Assembly (NCBI RefSeq): GCF_000143415.4
Contig: NW_003314296.1
Location: 911,645 to 975,644, forward strand
Reading direction: 5' to 3'
Source: Selaginella moellendorffii
Taxonomy: Eukaryota > Plantae > Lycopodiophyta
DNA: 64,000 nucleotides
Positions 12,335-24,844 of the stretch are shown here, one piece after another. How positions within the stretch are numbered: position 1 is the stretch's first letter; every line of letters begins with the position of its first letter. The translations under genes and the position numbers were made by a program. The notes under the pieces are model-generated. The model was not told the DNA's origin and ran no database searches. It worked only from the letters and a program-made list of their open reading frames with translations.

Positions 12335-14329
12335 GTTTCCCGTTTCTTCTTTTTCTTAATATGTTTAGGGAGGAGGTGAAAGTTTGGGATTTAAGGGGTT
12401 TTATGATGTTGTACCACAAATTTAAAGGCTTTGTGTGTTTAATTGTTTGGGCATATGGGGATTAAAAGAGAATTTAAGAATTTGTGAAGAGTGAATTTGT
12501 TATAAATAGCTAAACCTAAATAGGATTAAGCAAGAGTTGTATAAAAAATATGCCATCCGAACAAGGCGGTAACGATACAAATCGAGGGATTGATATTTTG
12601 TTTCGTTTTCTTTCAAAATGCGCCATTGCACCCCTGGCTAAACATCCAGACTGTGAAGGACCACCTATTAGACGTGTGCCGTCAAGTGTTCAAGGGGAGC
12701 GTGAGATTCGCAACATACCACACAGGTCTAAATCCACAAGCTAAAGGTCGTTTCTCCAGTGGAGTGGCACTGGATGCTTGAAGCGGCAGCTCTTGAAAGT
12801 ACTACAACTCGGCTGTAAGTCTCACTCGTAATCTCTCGCGTTTTTATCACGTTGGAGCGCACTGTGCTTGCCCAACGTCCTCATCGTCAAGAAAGTAACA
12901 AGGTGGCGAATGGTCGCTGAAGATAAGATAGGCCTATAAACATGTAACTGCTTTGGGATAGATTTATGCGCTCAATCAAGCATGAAGTACTCTGTTTCAT
13001 GTCAGTCACCATTATACAAAGTGATTTTTCACGGCACAATTAAACCTATGGTTTTCAAAGCGTAAGAACGTTGTCAGCATTGCACTCCCTGGATGCTGTA
13101 TTGTGAAGTGCGGCGCCATGTTATAAATACTTCTTCTCAGTGAATCGACAAAGGTCTTGCATCCATAATTAGCCTAAATAGAAACACACATTAACAAAAG
13201 CTCTCCCTCACAAAAATAATAATAAGGTCTAATTTACATCATCCAGATGAACAGCATCCTCCTTTGTTGCTTGTCAGTTACAGAATATTTGATTTGGAGT
13301 AATTAGGCCTCACAATCAGGGAAACTATTGCAAGATACATATAGAATTAGTAATTCTATCCATCTTTTATATGAAGCAAATCAACTTTATAGAAACGCAT
13401 TAGAAGCTCCACATGCTAAACACATTAGTTATCAAGAAGGCGTTTGAAAAGGCTCTTGCCAAGGCGAGAGCGGAGCAACTTGCCAGGGATTGCAAATTCA
13501 TCCAGGTTACTGATCGATTTTGCGTTTAGGTGAGATCTGAGGTTTCAAGCTTCACTGCCACCTGGATGCAGATTGTCCAGGAAGATTCATTAAGGTTTTT
13601 GTATGGAAAATGGTGGCGAAAAGGTTGTTCTCTTGTATATAAACCCTCTGACTCTCAAGGATTTTCAGGGAAATGGGTGCCGTCTTGGAAATCCGGAAGA
13701 TGTTCTTTGTGTTCCTGTTGGAGCTGATGAAGTTGTTGGCGATCGTGTCAGTGTTTCTCTTGCAAATGTTGGGGAAAGGAGCCCGGACTGCATGGAATTT
13801 CTTCATGAAACTGTTCTTGATGATCGTGTTGGTGTTTCTCTTGCAATATTTTGGGAAAGAGGCCCTGATTGCATCGTTTTCCTTGATGAAACTCTTATAC
13901 AAGATCCTGATGTGATAATGATTTAAATCCTATAATAAAAAGTCCTAGAGCAATTCTGCATATTCAAGGGAGTAAGTTATATGTTGGCTCGCCATGTCCA
14001 GATGTGGTCGAGGATCCATCATAAATGTCAACTCACTCTATTCAGTGTTTCATTGTCTTTTTAACTTCTGATGCGGAAATGTTTAAGCTGTCTGGTTGCT
14101 GGAGAAGCTCCTCTAGCACCCGGATCAAGCTCCATTGAAACACCTCTGCAACTTTCAAGCGGATATGACCCTGCAGCTCCGGCATACTGATTCCCAGCCT
14201 GGAGATACGCGATGACGGGATCCTCGGAATTTCGCATTTGTCCTGTCTCTCGCTGTTGGGCATGGTGGTTATGGGGAATTTTTATGGATACATAGACTAC
14301 CGCCAACGTCTTGGTTGCTCTTGACCACC

Positions 14330-14560
14330 TTAAGCTCCCACTGCCACTGGCTTACATGAAACTTCTAGTGGAGTTTGCACGGGACAAGGACGCAGCATGG
14401 AGCGTGATCGAGCAAGAATGGGAGATCAAGCTTGGCAGACAGGAAGATCATCGTCCAGAGAGGTCTGGAAATCATCTCCAGGTGAGCAGGTGCTCATCGC
14501 AGGAGCTGCATCGCATTGCGATTCTTCAGTTTGAATTTAAGTTTTGCCAAAAAGAAAACT
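14330..14560 (+). pseudogene. C-terminal fragment of the TPR-SET family (mirror of the 8.5-kb fragment)
   Basis: LAYMKLLVEFARDKDAAWSVIEQEWEIKLGRQEDHR. Confidence 0.65.
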
Positions 14561-14601
14561 TGTGTAACTATTTTTGACTAATAAAAATATACTACGAAAT
14601 T

Positions 14602-17142
14602 CTACACTATCATTAGACCTTTATTTATTTTTCTGGAGAGAATCTCTTGGACTCTTGCAGCTTTCCCTCGCTCTCCTAGGACGCTGTAAACATTAGAAAG
14701 CAGCACATAAGGCCCAGCTTCGTCACATCCCGGCATCTCAATTATCAAATCACCAATGCTCGAGGCTCTAGTGAGATCGCCATGTATGCAACAGGCATTC
14801 AAGAGTGCCGTCCAGCTGCTAGAATCCGGCAAAAACGGCATGCACTTGATCAACTCCTGCGCAGATTCCAGCTTCCCAGATCGGCCCAGCAGATCGATCA
14901 AGCACCCAAAATGCTCGCAGATTGGATCAATCATGAAGTCCACTTGCATCGAGAGAAAGTAGCCTCGAGCGGCCTCCACAAGCCCCGCGTGGCTGCAAGC
15001 TGATATGGCGGCCACAAACGTCACGGCATCCGGTACGAAACCCTGCTGCTGCATGAGCCCAAAGCACGTCAAGGCTGACATGTTATGCCCATTCTGGGCA
15101 TATGCCGTTATCATGGCGCTCCAGGATACCATGCTCTTTGTGGGCATGCCATGAAAGATCCTGGTAGCCTCGGATATGTTGCCACATTTTCCGTAGACGT
15201 TCACAAGCCCAGTGGCGACGCTCACGTCGGAGAGGAATCCACTCTCGAGGATCATCGCGTGGAGAGCTCTCGTCTCTCGCAGCGATGAAATCCCTAAGAG
15301 GGCTTCCAGTGCACCAACAAAGGTGAAGTTATTCGCATGAAAGCCATCCAAGTTGAGAGTTCTGTAAAGCAGCCATGCGTCGCTGTAGTGGCCATTTTGG
15401 GCAAATGCGAGAATCATCGTGTTCCATGACACGATGTTCTTCTCTTGCATCTTGTCAAAGATACACTTTGCTTGCTCCAGCTTGAGAACCTGGGCATAGC
15501 CCAGCATCATTGTGTTGTTTGAGACAACATCCCGGTCTGGCATTGTCGAAAGCATCTTCTCGGCGTCATCTATGAGCCCGTTTTGGACGTTCATGGTTAT
15601 CATCAGGTTGAAAGAGACTGTATTTTTTTCCTTCATTTGTGAGAACATCCTCTTGGCTGCCTCAAGATGCCCGTTTTGAGTATACGCATAGAGCATAGAG
15701 TTGCATAGCATGACATCGTGTTGATCCGCATTGTCAAACACAAGTTTGGCGCTGTCCAGATTCTGGCACCTCGCAAACATTGCCACTAATGCGGTAGCAA
15801 TCGCAACTTGGTGTGTAAACTCCATTTCCTCGACAATTGAGAGGACCATTCTTCCCAGATCGGTGTTTCCGATGTTAGAACAGGCATCAATGACCGCAAG
15901 AAGTGTCACTCGGTTTGGACGAAGTCCCTCGACATCCATTCTCATCAGCAGCTTGATGGAATTCTCTCCACGCCCGTTTTGGGCATTTGCAAAGATGATG
16001 GTGTTCCAAGATATCAGATTCGGCAGCGGCATTCGATGGAACAAGTCCGTGGCTTCCTCCAAATCCCCTCTCTGGCCAAACGCCGCAATCAGCGTGTTCC
16101 ACGTAGAAGCGTTCTGCATGGGCATATAATCAAACATTACTCTTGCGTTATAGAGCTGTCCACCCTGCACAAAAGCCGCCAGCATCGCATTCCACGTAAC
16201 ATCGTTTCGTTGAGACGCCCGGTCGAATATTTCTCTCGCTTCTTCAAGATGCCCATTCTGGGCATATGCTGCAACCATTGTCGTCCACGACACGACATTC
16301 CTTTGCGGCATTTTGTCAAAGATCTCAGTGGCTTTCTCGAGCCGACCAAACTTCCCGTACATGCTAACGCAGGCAGTGGCCACGGAGACATGCGCCATGA
16401 GGCCCAAATCAACGACATCATCATGGAGCTGTCGCCCCGTCACCTGGCAGCCGACAGTGGAACAGCAATTTATGCTGCTGATGAATGTTATGTTGTCGGG
16501 CTGGAGGCCCTCCAAATCCATGTTTCTGAGCATCTCAAGGGCCTCGTAACAATACCCAGCTTGGGCATATGCTGTGATCATCGCGTTCCATGAAATCCTA
16601 TCCTTTTCGGGAATTTCATCGAAGATTTCTTTCGCTAGCGAGACTTCCCCGGTGGATGCATAAGAGGAAATCATTGCAGTCCACGACACATCTGTTCTTC
16701 CAGGCATCAGATCAAAGAGATTCCTTGCGTCGTAAAGATGCCGGTTTTGGGCAAGTGCGCCAAGCATGATGTTGTACGAGAAAACGTTCCTGGGACGAAT
16801 TCTCGCGAAGAGACTCCTTGCTTCGTCCAATCCACCGCAAGCGCCAAACATCCTCACGACTAGATTGTTGATGACCAGCTCTGAGTTGTATCGATCGCGT
16901 AGGATCAAGGCATGGATCCGCCGTGCCGCGGCGAGGCATCTGGCGGCGCTGCATTGAGCTAGGAGCGAGCTGTAGAGGGTGAAATCTCCTCGGACCTCGC
17001 GGCTCTCGAGCTGGTCGAGGGATTTTTGGAGCTGGGTCTTTGCGAGATCTGGCACCGATTGATCCTTGGAAGAGAGATGGATCCCGAGAGAAGGAAATCG
17101 TTGCTGCGGGTTTCTCTTCTTCGAGCCAAGAACAAGGATCAT
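14602..17142 (-). CDS. PLS/E-class pentatricopeptide repeat protein (846 aa, no DYW)
   Basis: Repeated VVSWNxMIxAYAQNG motifs, ACSHAGLV, E-domain YVLLSNVY; uninterrupted ORF. Confidence 0.93.
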   Translation of the reverse strand: MILVLGSKKRNPQQRFPSLGIHLSSKDQSVPDLAKTQLQKSLDQLESREVRGDFTLYSSLLAQCSAARCLAAARRIHALILRDRYNSELVINNLVVRMFGACGGLDEARSLFARIRPRNVFSYNIMLGALAQNRHLYDARNLFDLMPGRTDVSWTAMISSYASTGEVSLAKEIFDEIPEKDRISWNAMITAYAQAGYCYEALEMLRNMDLEGLQPDNITFISSINCCSTVGCQVTGRQLHDDVVDLGLMAHVSVATACVSMYGKFGRLEKATEIFDKMPQRNVVSWTTMVAAYAQNGHLEEAREIFDRASQRNDVTWNAMLAAFVQGGQLYNARVMFDYMPMQNASTWNTLIAAFGQRGDLEEATDLFHRMPLPNLISWNTIIFANAQNGRGENSIKLLMRMDVEGLRPNRVTLLAVIDACSNIGNTDLGRMVLSIVEEMEFTHQVAIATALVAMFARCQNLDSAKLVFDNADQHDVMLCNSMLYAYTQNGHLEAAKRMFSQMKEKNTVSFNLMITMNVQNGLIDDAEKMLSTMPDRDVVSNNTMMLGYAQVLKLEQAKCIFDKMQEKNIVSWNTMILAFAQNGHYSDAWLLYRTLNLDGFHANNFTFVGALEALLGISSLRETRALHAMILESGFLSDVSVATGLVNVYGKCGNISEATRIFHGMPTKSMVSWSAMITAYAQNGHNMSALTCFGLMQQQGFVPDAVTFVAAISACSHAGLVEAARGYFLSMQVDFMIDPICEHFGCLIDLLGRSGKLESAQELIKCMPFLPDSSSWTALLNACCIHGDLTRASSIGDLIIEMPGCDEAGPYVLLSNVYSVLGERGKAARVQEILSRKINKGLMIV

Positions 17143-17253
17143 TCAAAGGTTCCGTTGAAACTTTGACTCTAACACGTGGCAGTTTGACTGTGAGATGTGG
17201 ACTAAAAATCAAGGATTTAAGATGAACCCTAGCGGAAGAACAACACCGCGACT

Positions 17254-18192
17254 ATGGCGATCCAGCTCTACAGCCTTGCCACTCCAAATGGCATTAAGGT
17301 ATTGATCACAGCCAAGGATTTTCTCTTGTTTGATCGGAGTTTGATCTAAACGATCAGGTGAGCATTGCGCTCGAAGAAATGGGGCTTGACTACGAGCCGC
17401 ACACAATTAACATCCGAAACAACGAGCAGTTCCATCCGGACTTCGTTGCCATCAATCCCAACTCCAAAATCCCCGCAATCGTCGATCCAAATGGCCCAGG
17501 TTTGCTGCTCTTTTGATCGCTTGTCTTTTCGATCTTTCTAATTTGGATTCGCTATCCAGATGGAAAACCCATGAATGTCTTCGAGAGTGGAGCGATTCTT
17601 CTCTATCTGGCGGAGAAGACGGGCAAGTTCATCTCGCAAGATCCCAGGCTCAAGTGGGAGACAATCCAGTGGGTCTTCTTCCAAATGGCAGGCGTTGGCC
17701 CAATGGCCGGCCAGGTTAGAGAAACTTGTGAATTCCTAGATTTCATGGATCATCGTTGTGTTCTTCGTTGATGCATGGGTTTTGTTCTTGGATCTTGGTG
17801 TTCTTGGTGTTCTTGGCCTTGTTTATCTTGTTTGGGATTTTGTTCTTCATGTTCTTGAGCTCTCATTTGTTTCTTTCTTTCGTTAGTTTGGGCACTTCTA
17901 CGTCTATGCCAAGGATAAGTGCGATCATCCATACCCCCTGGAGCGTTACTCCACCGAGGTGAAGCGCCTGATGGGAGTGCTGGAGAAGCGGCTTGATGGG
18001 CGAGAGTTTTTGATAGATGGCGGCTACTCCATCGCGGACATGGCCACTTTCCCATGGATCTACTGTATCGAGGTTTATTACAAGGGGGCGGAGGTCATAG
18101 GCCTCGAGAACTTCCCAAACGTCATGGCTTGGAAGGAGCGTTGCATGGAACGCCCGGCCACTGCCAAAGGTATGAAAGTGTGTAAGTTCTAA
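17254..18192 (+). CDS. Ure2p/Nu-class GST, copy 3 (4 exons)
   Basis: MAIQLYSLATPNGIK|VSIALEEMGLDYEPH...GMKVCKF; three GT-AG introns. Confidence 0.92.
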
Positions 18193-18329
18193 GTAGTGTG
18201 TAAAATATAACTAGAATAATTTAAAGGTGTTCTATGATAAGAATTTAATGACCCAAACCTAAAAGGAAATATAAGAAATCTCAAGCTAAGATCTATATGC
18301 TGTTCAAGCTAAGATTTTATCTATCTATA

Positions 18330-18600
18330 TGCTGTTTTGATAGTCTTGTGGTGCCCAACTGGAAGCATGAGACTAATGGATCGAAAAATGCAAGTTGAAT
18401 TATCATTTTTGCATCAGTGGTGTCCTTGTTGTTGTGGTGATTCTGCTCACTGGCCTTGCCTTCTTCTTTTTTGCGGCCATTCAAGGTCTCTGATTATGGT
18501 TGCCTTATACATGTATTTGCCATCAGAACTCCATGCATTTCAGGTAATTGGCGAGGGATGAGGTTGTCTCCTTGATTGCGAGGTTTATATGTGTTTCCTG
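18330..18600. repeat. Diverged direct repeat of ~1186-1430 (downstream flank of GST copies 1 and 3)
   Basis: Shared gctgttttgata.tcttgtggtgcccaa.tggaagcatgaga...caggtaattggcgagggatgag. Confidence 0.8.
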
Positions 18601-19071
18601 TCCTAGTTGATGTCTGGGGCAAGATTTGCACTTTGAGCCCTTACTTTTTACTGCTCACACCCTATTTAGCATGGAGCTCCACTGCATCAAGGATCCCACA
18701 TTACAAAATAAAGCTGGCTGCCCATAAACAAATGCGAAAAAGAAAAATAAAGTCTAATGGTATTTTGCTTCACACAAAGTAACCCATTTAGCTAAGAGAC
18801 ACAAAAAGGCAAATTACACCTAAAAAATCTATGCAATTTCCCTCTAGTCCCAGCTAAAGTGGTTGCCATTCAAATGTTCTAGCACAATTAAATCTAGTGA
18901 TCTATCTATAGTGCAAAGAGCTTGCAAACCAAATTGATCAAGACCTTTCAACTTGTCTCAGTTTTCAAATAAGATGATCAGACATAAAGCCCTAGATTCG
19001 TGTCCTGTCACATTTTTCTATTTCCCCACATGTCCAATAACAGTTTCAGATTCTCATTAGCAGATTTCTTT

Positions 19072-19076
<5 letters not shown>

Positions 19077-19102
<26 letters not shown>

Positions 19103-19105
19103 AAA
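19077..19105. repeat. (AAAT)n microsatellite
   Basis: Run of aaat repeats. Confidence 0.9.
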
Positions 19106-19164
19106 TATATTATAGAAAATTAAATATAAAATATTAATGGATATTTCTAAACTATTCATAAGCT

Positions 19165-22100
19165 CTATAGGATTGGCCTGCTCGATGTCATGCCGAACCT
19201 CATAAACTTGTGGTCCAACTTGCTGCAACACCCGATACAGTCCTTTCCACTGTGCAATAAGCCCCTTAAATAAACCATGTACCGTAAGATGGGAAAAATA
19301 GACTATCCACTTTATACTCTGTTGGTGGACGATGATAAGAGTTATACCGCCATTGTTGTCCCACTTGTATGCGGCCTAAGTGTTTGGCAAATTCTGCTCG
19401 GACAAGTGGAAGAATGCTCATCAAATACTAATCCCCATGATCTAGCATCCACAACTCGTGGCAATTGCGAAGGTAAACCCAGCTCCGTTGGTAATATTGG
19501 ATCATGACCATATAAGAGTTTATATGGTGAAGGACCAACAGAACTCTGCACCCCTGTGATATATACATACCGAAGAGACGACAAATAACCATCCCAATCC
19601 GAATGCTGAAAGTTCACATACTTCATAATCATCCCCTTGAATGTTTGAACGAGCCGTTTCACCAGACCGTCTGATTATGGATGATAATCACTCGTGAAAG
19701 TGTGGCGTATCCCCAACCGAGACATCAAGACATGAAATGCCTTAGCCATAAATGCGGGATTATTATCCGAAAGAATTCGCTCTGGACAAGAATGCTGAAA
19801 CACCACTCGATTGAGGAGGAAGTATCTAACAGCAGTTGCAGAGGCACTAGCAAGAGCACCAACTTCCACCCAACGAGTCAAGTAGTCAGAAGCAATAATA
19901 ACATACTCATTGCCAGCAGTTGATTGTGGAAAATGTCCCATAAGATCAAACGTCACCAACTCAAATGGACGGGAAACTGCAATTGACTCCAACCGTCCTT
20001 CTGCAGCCTGAGGGGGAGTATTACGAGTTTGGCTCCAAACGCAGCTACGCACATACCGGATAATATCATGTCGCATCTCCGGCCAATAGAAAGACCTGCA
20101 CAACTTCTCGGTTATACGACAATGTCCCATATGCCCATCTAGAATAGGAGAATCATGGTAGGCATGGAGAAACCGTGGAATAAAGATAGAAGGCACCACC
20201 AGCCATAAATGATTATCAGGATCTGTCCACATAAAATAAAGAAAGCCATCTTCAAGGCGATATTGAGAATGTAAATGCCAGAAAGGCAAGTCATTAGCAA
20301 GTGATGCAGGATTCTCAAACCCATTTCGAAGCCTTCGAATCCATGGCTCAATCTTTTGAACCTCGCGAGCCTCATCAAGAGAAGGTAGATCTTGCTCTGC
20401 ACCTTGTGGACACTGAATGTCAAGTACAGCAACCGCCGACAGCACAGAATCCTGGTCTAGAAAATCCACAGAGGCTGGAACAACAAGCTCATCAGAAACA
20501 TGAGAAGAGAATGGAGAAGGAAGAGGAGATTGAGAAAGAGCATCAGCATCAGTCATAGAACTCCCTGGGCGATAAACAACATCAAAATTATATATCTGAA
20601 GCTTCAAAACCCATTGAGCAGTACGACTAACCAAGTTCTTCCACTTCAATAATGAAGTAACAACAACATGATCACCTTCAAGTAACGTTCGAGAACCATG
20701 TAGATATGCATGAAGTTTCTCAAAACCGCAAACTGCTGCTAAACACTCATTCTCTATCGTGGAGTAGTTCATTTCCGTTGGTTGTAATGTACGGTTTATA
20801 TACGCAATGGGATGGCATTGACCAGGCACACTCGAGCTCCCTTGCATCAACACACCTCCAAGGCCAATGTTAGAAGCATCGACGCGCAAAATAAAAGGTC
20901 GAGTGTAGTCAGGATATGCCAAAACCAGAGGAGTCGTCAACAGGTTTTTGAGATCCCCAAACACCCGCTCACAATCCAGAGACTAGATGAAAGATGATGT
21001 TGATGACTTCAGCAATGCTCGCAACGGTGCAGTGCAATTAGAAAGATGATCCACAAAATGACCGAGATACTTCACCTTGCCCAAGAAGCGCTGCACATCA
21101 TTCACACACTTTGGAGTAGGGAACTTTAGAATAGCCACAAGTTTGTTAGGATCAACTTGCAAACCCTCACAAGAAATATGGTATCCAAGATAAGTTGTAT
21201 CCTTAGACCCAAACACGCATTTCGACTACTTCAATTTTAAACCAACGTCGCGTAGTCAATCCAACACTTTACAAACATCACAAACGTGCTCCTCCCACAT
21301 CCCCTCCGAGTGAATCAAAACATCATCAATGAAGTCAGCAGTCACCTCCGGCATATTGCAAAAAACCTTGTCCATCATCCACTGGAAAGTTGCTAGAGCA
21401 TTGTTCAAACCAAACGGCATACTAAGAACTTGTATAAACCAAATGGTGTACGAAAAGCAGTCTTAGGAATATCTTCTTTGGCCATCGGTACTTGCCAGTA
21501 CCCAAAAACAAGATCTAGCTTGGTGAACCAACGACTTCGGCCCAGACGATCTAAGACATCAGCAGTGTGAGGAAGAGGGTACACATCTGGGATCGTCACT
21601 TCGTTTAATGGACGATACTCAATGCAGAAACGAATACTCCCATCAAGCTTCGTCACAAGATGAGGTTCACATGCCCAATGACTCTGTGACTTCTGAATAA
21701 CACCCTTCTCCAACATCTCCTTGGCATTTGCACGTAAAATCTAGATTTCCTTGGGTGACCGACGACGAACAAGAACCTTGATTGGACGAGCATCCCCGGT
21801 TGGAATTGGATGACATGTGGCAATCTTGGCTCCAGACGAGAGGTCAAATTCAAAGAGATCAGAATACTCCTTCATGAGCTGATCCACCATTGCAACACAA
21901 CGATTGTCGAAGGGATCGGAAAAGAGAAGAGCAGAACAAGATGGAAACATAGGAGGAAATAATGGGGGAATAAAAGTAATGGAAGCGGATGTAGAAATAG
22001 AGGGACAAAGAGGTACAGAAGTGAGAGGAATGAATGAAACATAAGGAAGTATGAGACAAAGGGGAGAAGCTTCAAAATCACACTTGGCATGATTACGCTA

Positions 22101-23738
22101 CAACCAATCCATACCAAGAATGAGGTCAAAAGTTTGACTCGGCACCACGTGCAATGATTGCAACTCAAGCTCGAGATCGCCCACATGCACAACCAGGTCC
22201 ACCTCATCCCGTGCACATGCATGTGTACGGCCGTTGCCATAAAAACTGGTTTGAAAACTAGTTTTGCCGCAGGACGCAAGTGTAAACGGCAATGTGTGGC
22301 AACAGGTTGAGCAATAGAAGATAAACTCAAACCTGTATCAACCAAAATGGAGAAAATAATAGGAGACCTCTTGTTATAAAAACAAGCTTGGAAAGTAAAC
22401 ATTGGATGAACTGGTGCCGAGTGAACCCCTTGATGATACTCCCGAAAGAAAGATGGAGGGGTCACTGACTTATTCGCGCAAGGTCCCTCCGTTACTCGCA
22501 CGACTCCTCATTTTTCAAATGTATCTCGGTGTCCAAACCATCCACTGCAGCAGCGCCAACGGGATGTTGCTGACACCAAGGTCGCCACCTAGGAAATGGA
22601 GGTCGCTAATCCGGAAACCGCCGACAACTCCGATAAGTATGACCAACTTCATCACACGCCCAACAGTGAACATCATAGCCATGACCTCATCCTCGACCTT
22701 ATCCTTGGACGCGAGCAGCAGCAGCATCAACCTCCATTGGAACAGGACCATCACCCATAGGAAGGGGAGCTGAAGGACAGGCAGCAAGAAGTGGAAGATG
22801 CGACGTCTCATAACGTTGTGCCAAGCGAAGAGCGTCATCAAGGGTGGCGGGAGCAAGTGCATGCACAAGTTCGACAAGATCTTGACAAAGTGCTGGCCAC
22901 AACATTCCTAGCTTGATCCGTTCTGACATATTTGGCTCCGCACGAAGCAAAAGACTTCGGAAACAAACGCCAAATTGCATCACCGACTCAGACGGCCCTT
23001 GGCGAAGACGATGCAATTGTTGGAAGGCATCATCACAGCCGTCAGCATATCCGAAGGCGTGTTTGAAGATGTCCAAAAGAACACTCCAATCCCCACGAGT
23101 GGCCGTGCTCAGACCATTGTACCATTGCAATGCCATCCCTTGGAGACACGTGGGAAACTCACACAAACATCGAGCATCATCCCAAGAATGATATGTGGCA
23201 ATCACTGTGAAGTGATCGAACCAATGGTACATATCATCCCCAAGATTCCCGCAAAAAAACTCCGGCCGAACGCGAGGATTAGCACCAAGAGCAGGAGGAG
23301 TTGTACCACGTGCTGTGAACGCTGCCATCAACTGAGTTTGGTTGTTCAATTGCAAGCACATAGCATCAAGCAATTGTACCAACTACTGCTCCAAAGTCAA
23401 AGGAGGAGATTGCTGATCTGCCATAAAGACGGATGAAGAAAGAGCAAAAAAAGAGAAATGACAAAAAGTTAGAAGAAAATGGTAGATCTAGACAATGCAA
23501 AAAGTTAAATCTAAACCAAAATCCCAAATCTAAGCACTCCTCAGGGACAATCAAAGGTGCCCCTCACCTCCACTAATGTGAGTGTTTAGAATATGGAAAG
23601 GGAATACAGAAATGTGCATATCAATTAACCCAAACATCCTAGTTTATATACAGGATCGAGTGGTCCAGATTGAAACCAATCCGACGGCTACCAAAATCCC
23701 ATTACAGTAATATTAGTATACGGCATTGTAGCTGTACA
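19165..23738 (-). mobile_element. Degenerate Ty3/gypsy LTR retrotransposon (family A), 3' LTR missing
   Basis: gag 22699-23382 with CWACDEVGHTYRSC zinc knuckle, protease ILVDTG, RT (KTAFRTPFGLY), RNase H (DASNIGLGGVL), integrase (DYLTRWVE, SDN); ~160-bp LTR at 23577-23738 followed by a PBS-like TAGTGGAGGTGAGGGG. Confidence 0.9.
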
Positions 23739-24844
23739 CTTGGCCCTCACACCTTCAAATTGATGGAAATTTAGTTTTATATAATGAAAAGAAAAAGGTA
23801 GTGTGGTCCATTAATAAATATTGTAAGCATTTATATTGTTTACAAATTACATATTTAACTATACAAGATGATTGTGATATTGTTACATACAATGAAAGGG
23901 TACCAAATTATCCTTGGTGGGATTCAAAAATTTATAAACATCCATATTGTATAAATAATTAATAGATTTATTTTAAATTTATAATAATAATAATGATTAT
24001 GATAGGATTTATTAATATTTAATTTTAAGCTTATAGGGAAGAGACTAATAGGGAAAAAGGGAAAAATAATCTTAGTATCCCTATTGCCATATCTTATTAC
24101 CCATTCCTTATATGAGAACCTTAATTGATTATACTATAACTTGTATTCATGCCTCACCTAAAATAAGCAACTTCAAAACTAGTATTGAGGTCAATTAAAC
24201 ATCCTTAGTTGGAATAGGATGATATATTACATTTTTTATGTAATATAAAAAATTGAAATTAAAAAGGTTAATATACTCCTTTCTGAGCTAATTAACAATG
24301 ATGAACTAGAAGAGTTTATCTACATTAAAAAATGATAAGAAATAGAGTTAAAATAAACATGATAGAGTGAGTCTAGGGCATGATGAGGTTATAAATTGTA
24401 ATGTATATAATTATAGAATGAGGTTTGGATATACTATCATTGTTGATGTTTAAAATTTTAGGGGATAAATGAGGATAAAATAACCACTAATAGCTTTCTT
24501 ATTAAATAATTACCCTTTTTCTAATTTACTTTGTTTATTCGACCATATTTATTTTAACTTTAATTAAGTTTCATTACCAAAGTTCACATACCTTGCTTTT
24601 TAAAAGAAGAACCCTAATGGCACTTTATTCATTTTAAAGGAAGAGCCCTAAAGGCACTTTATTTCTTTTAACATAAGGATTCATTATTTTAAAGGAAAAA
24701 CCATAAAGGCGCTTTCCTTACATTTGGCGCGCGACCGCAATGGTGCTCCACACCGCGGTGATGCTCTTCCTCGTCCACGTGCCTAGGGCGATTCCTCTGG
24801 GCCGCGGCGACACCGATTCTTTCACGCCATTCCTTCCCTAGGAC

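Larger units (their letters stand above)
12543..18360. repeat. Right arm of the inverted segmental duplication
   Basis: Mirror of 4492-10165. Confidence 0.9.
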
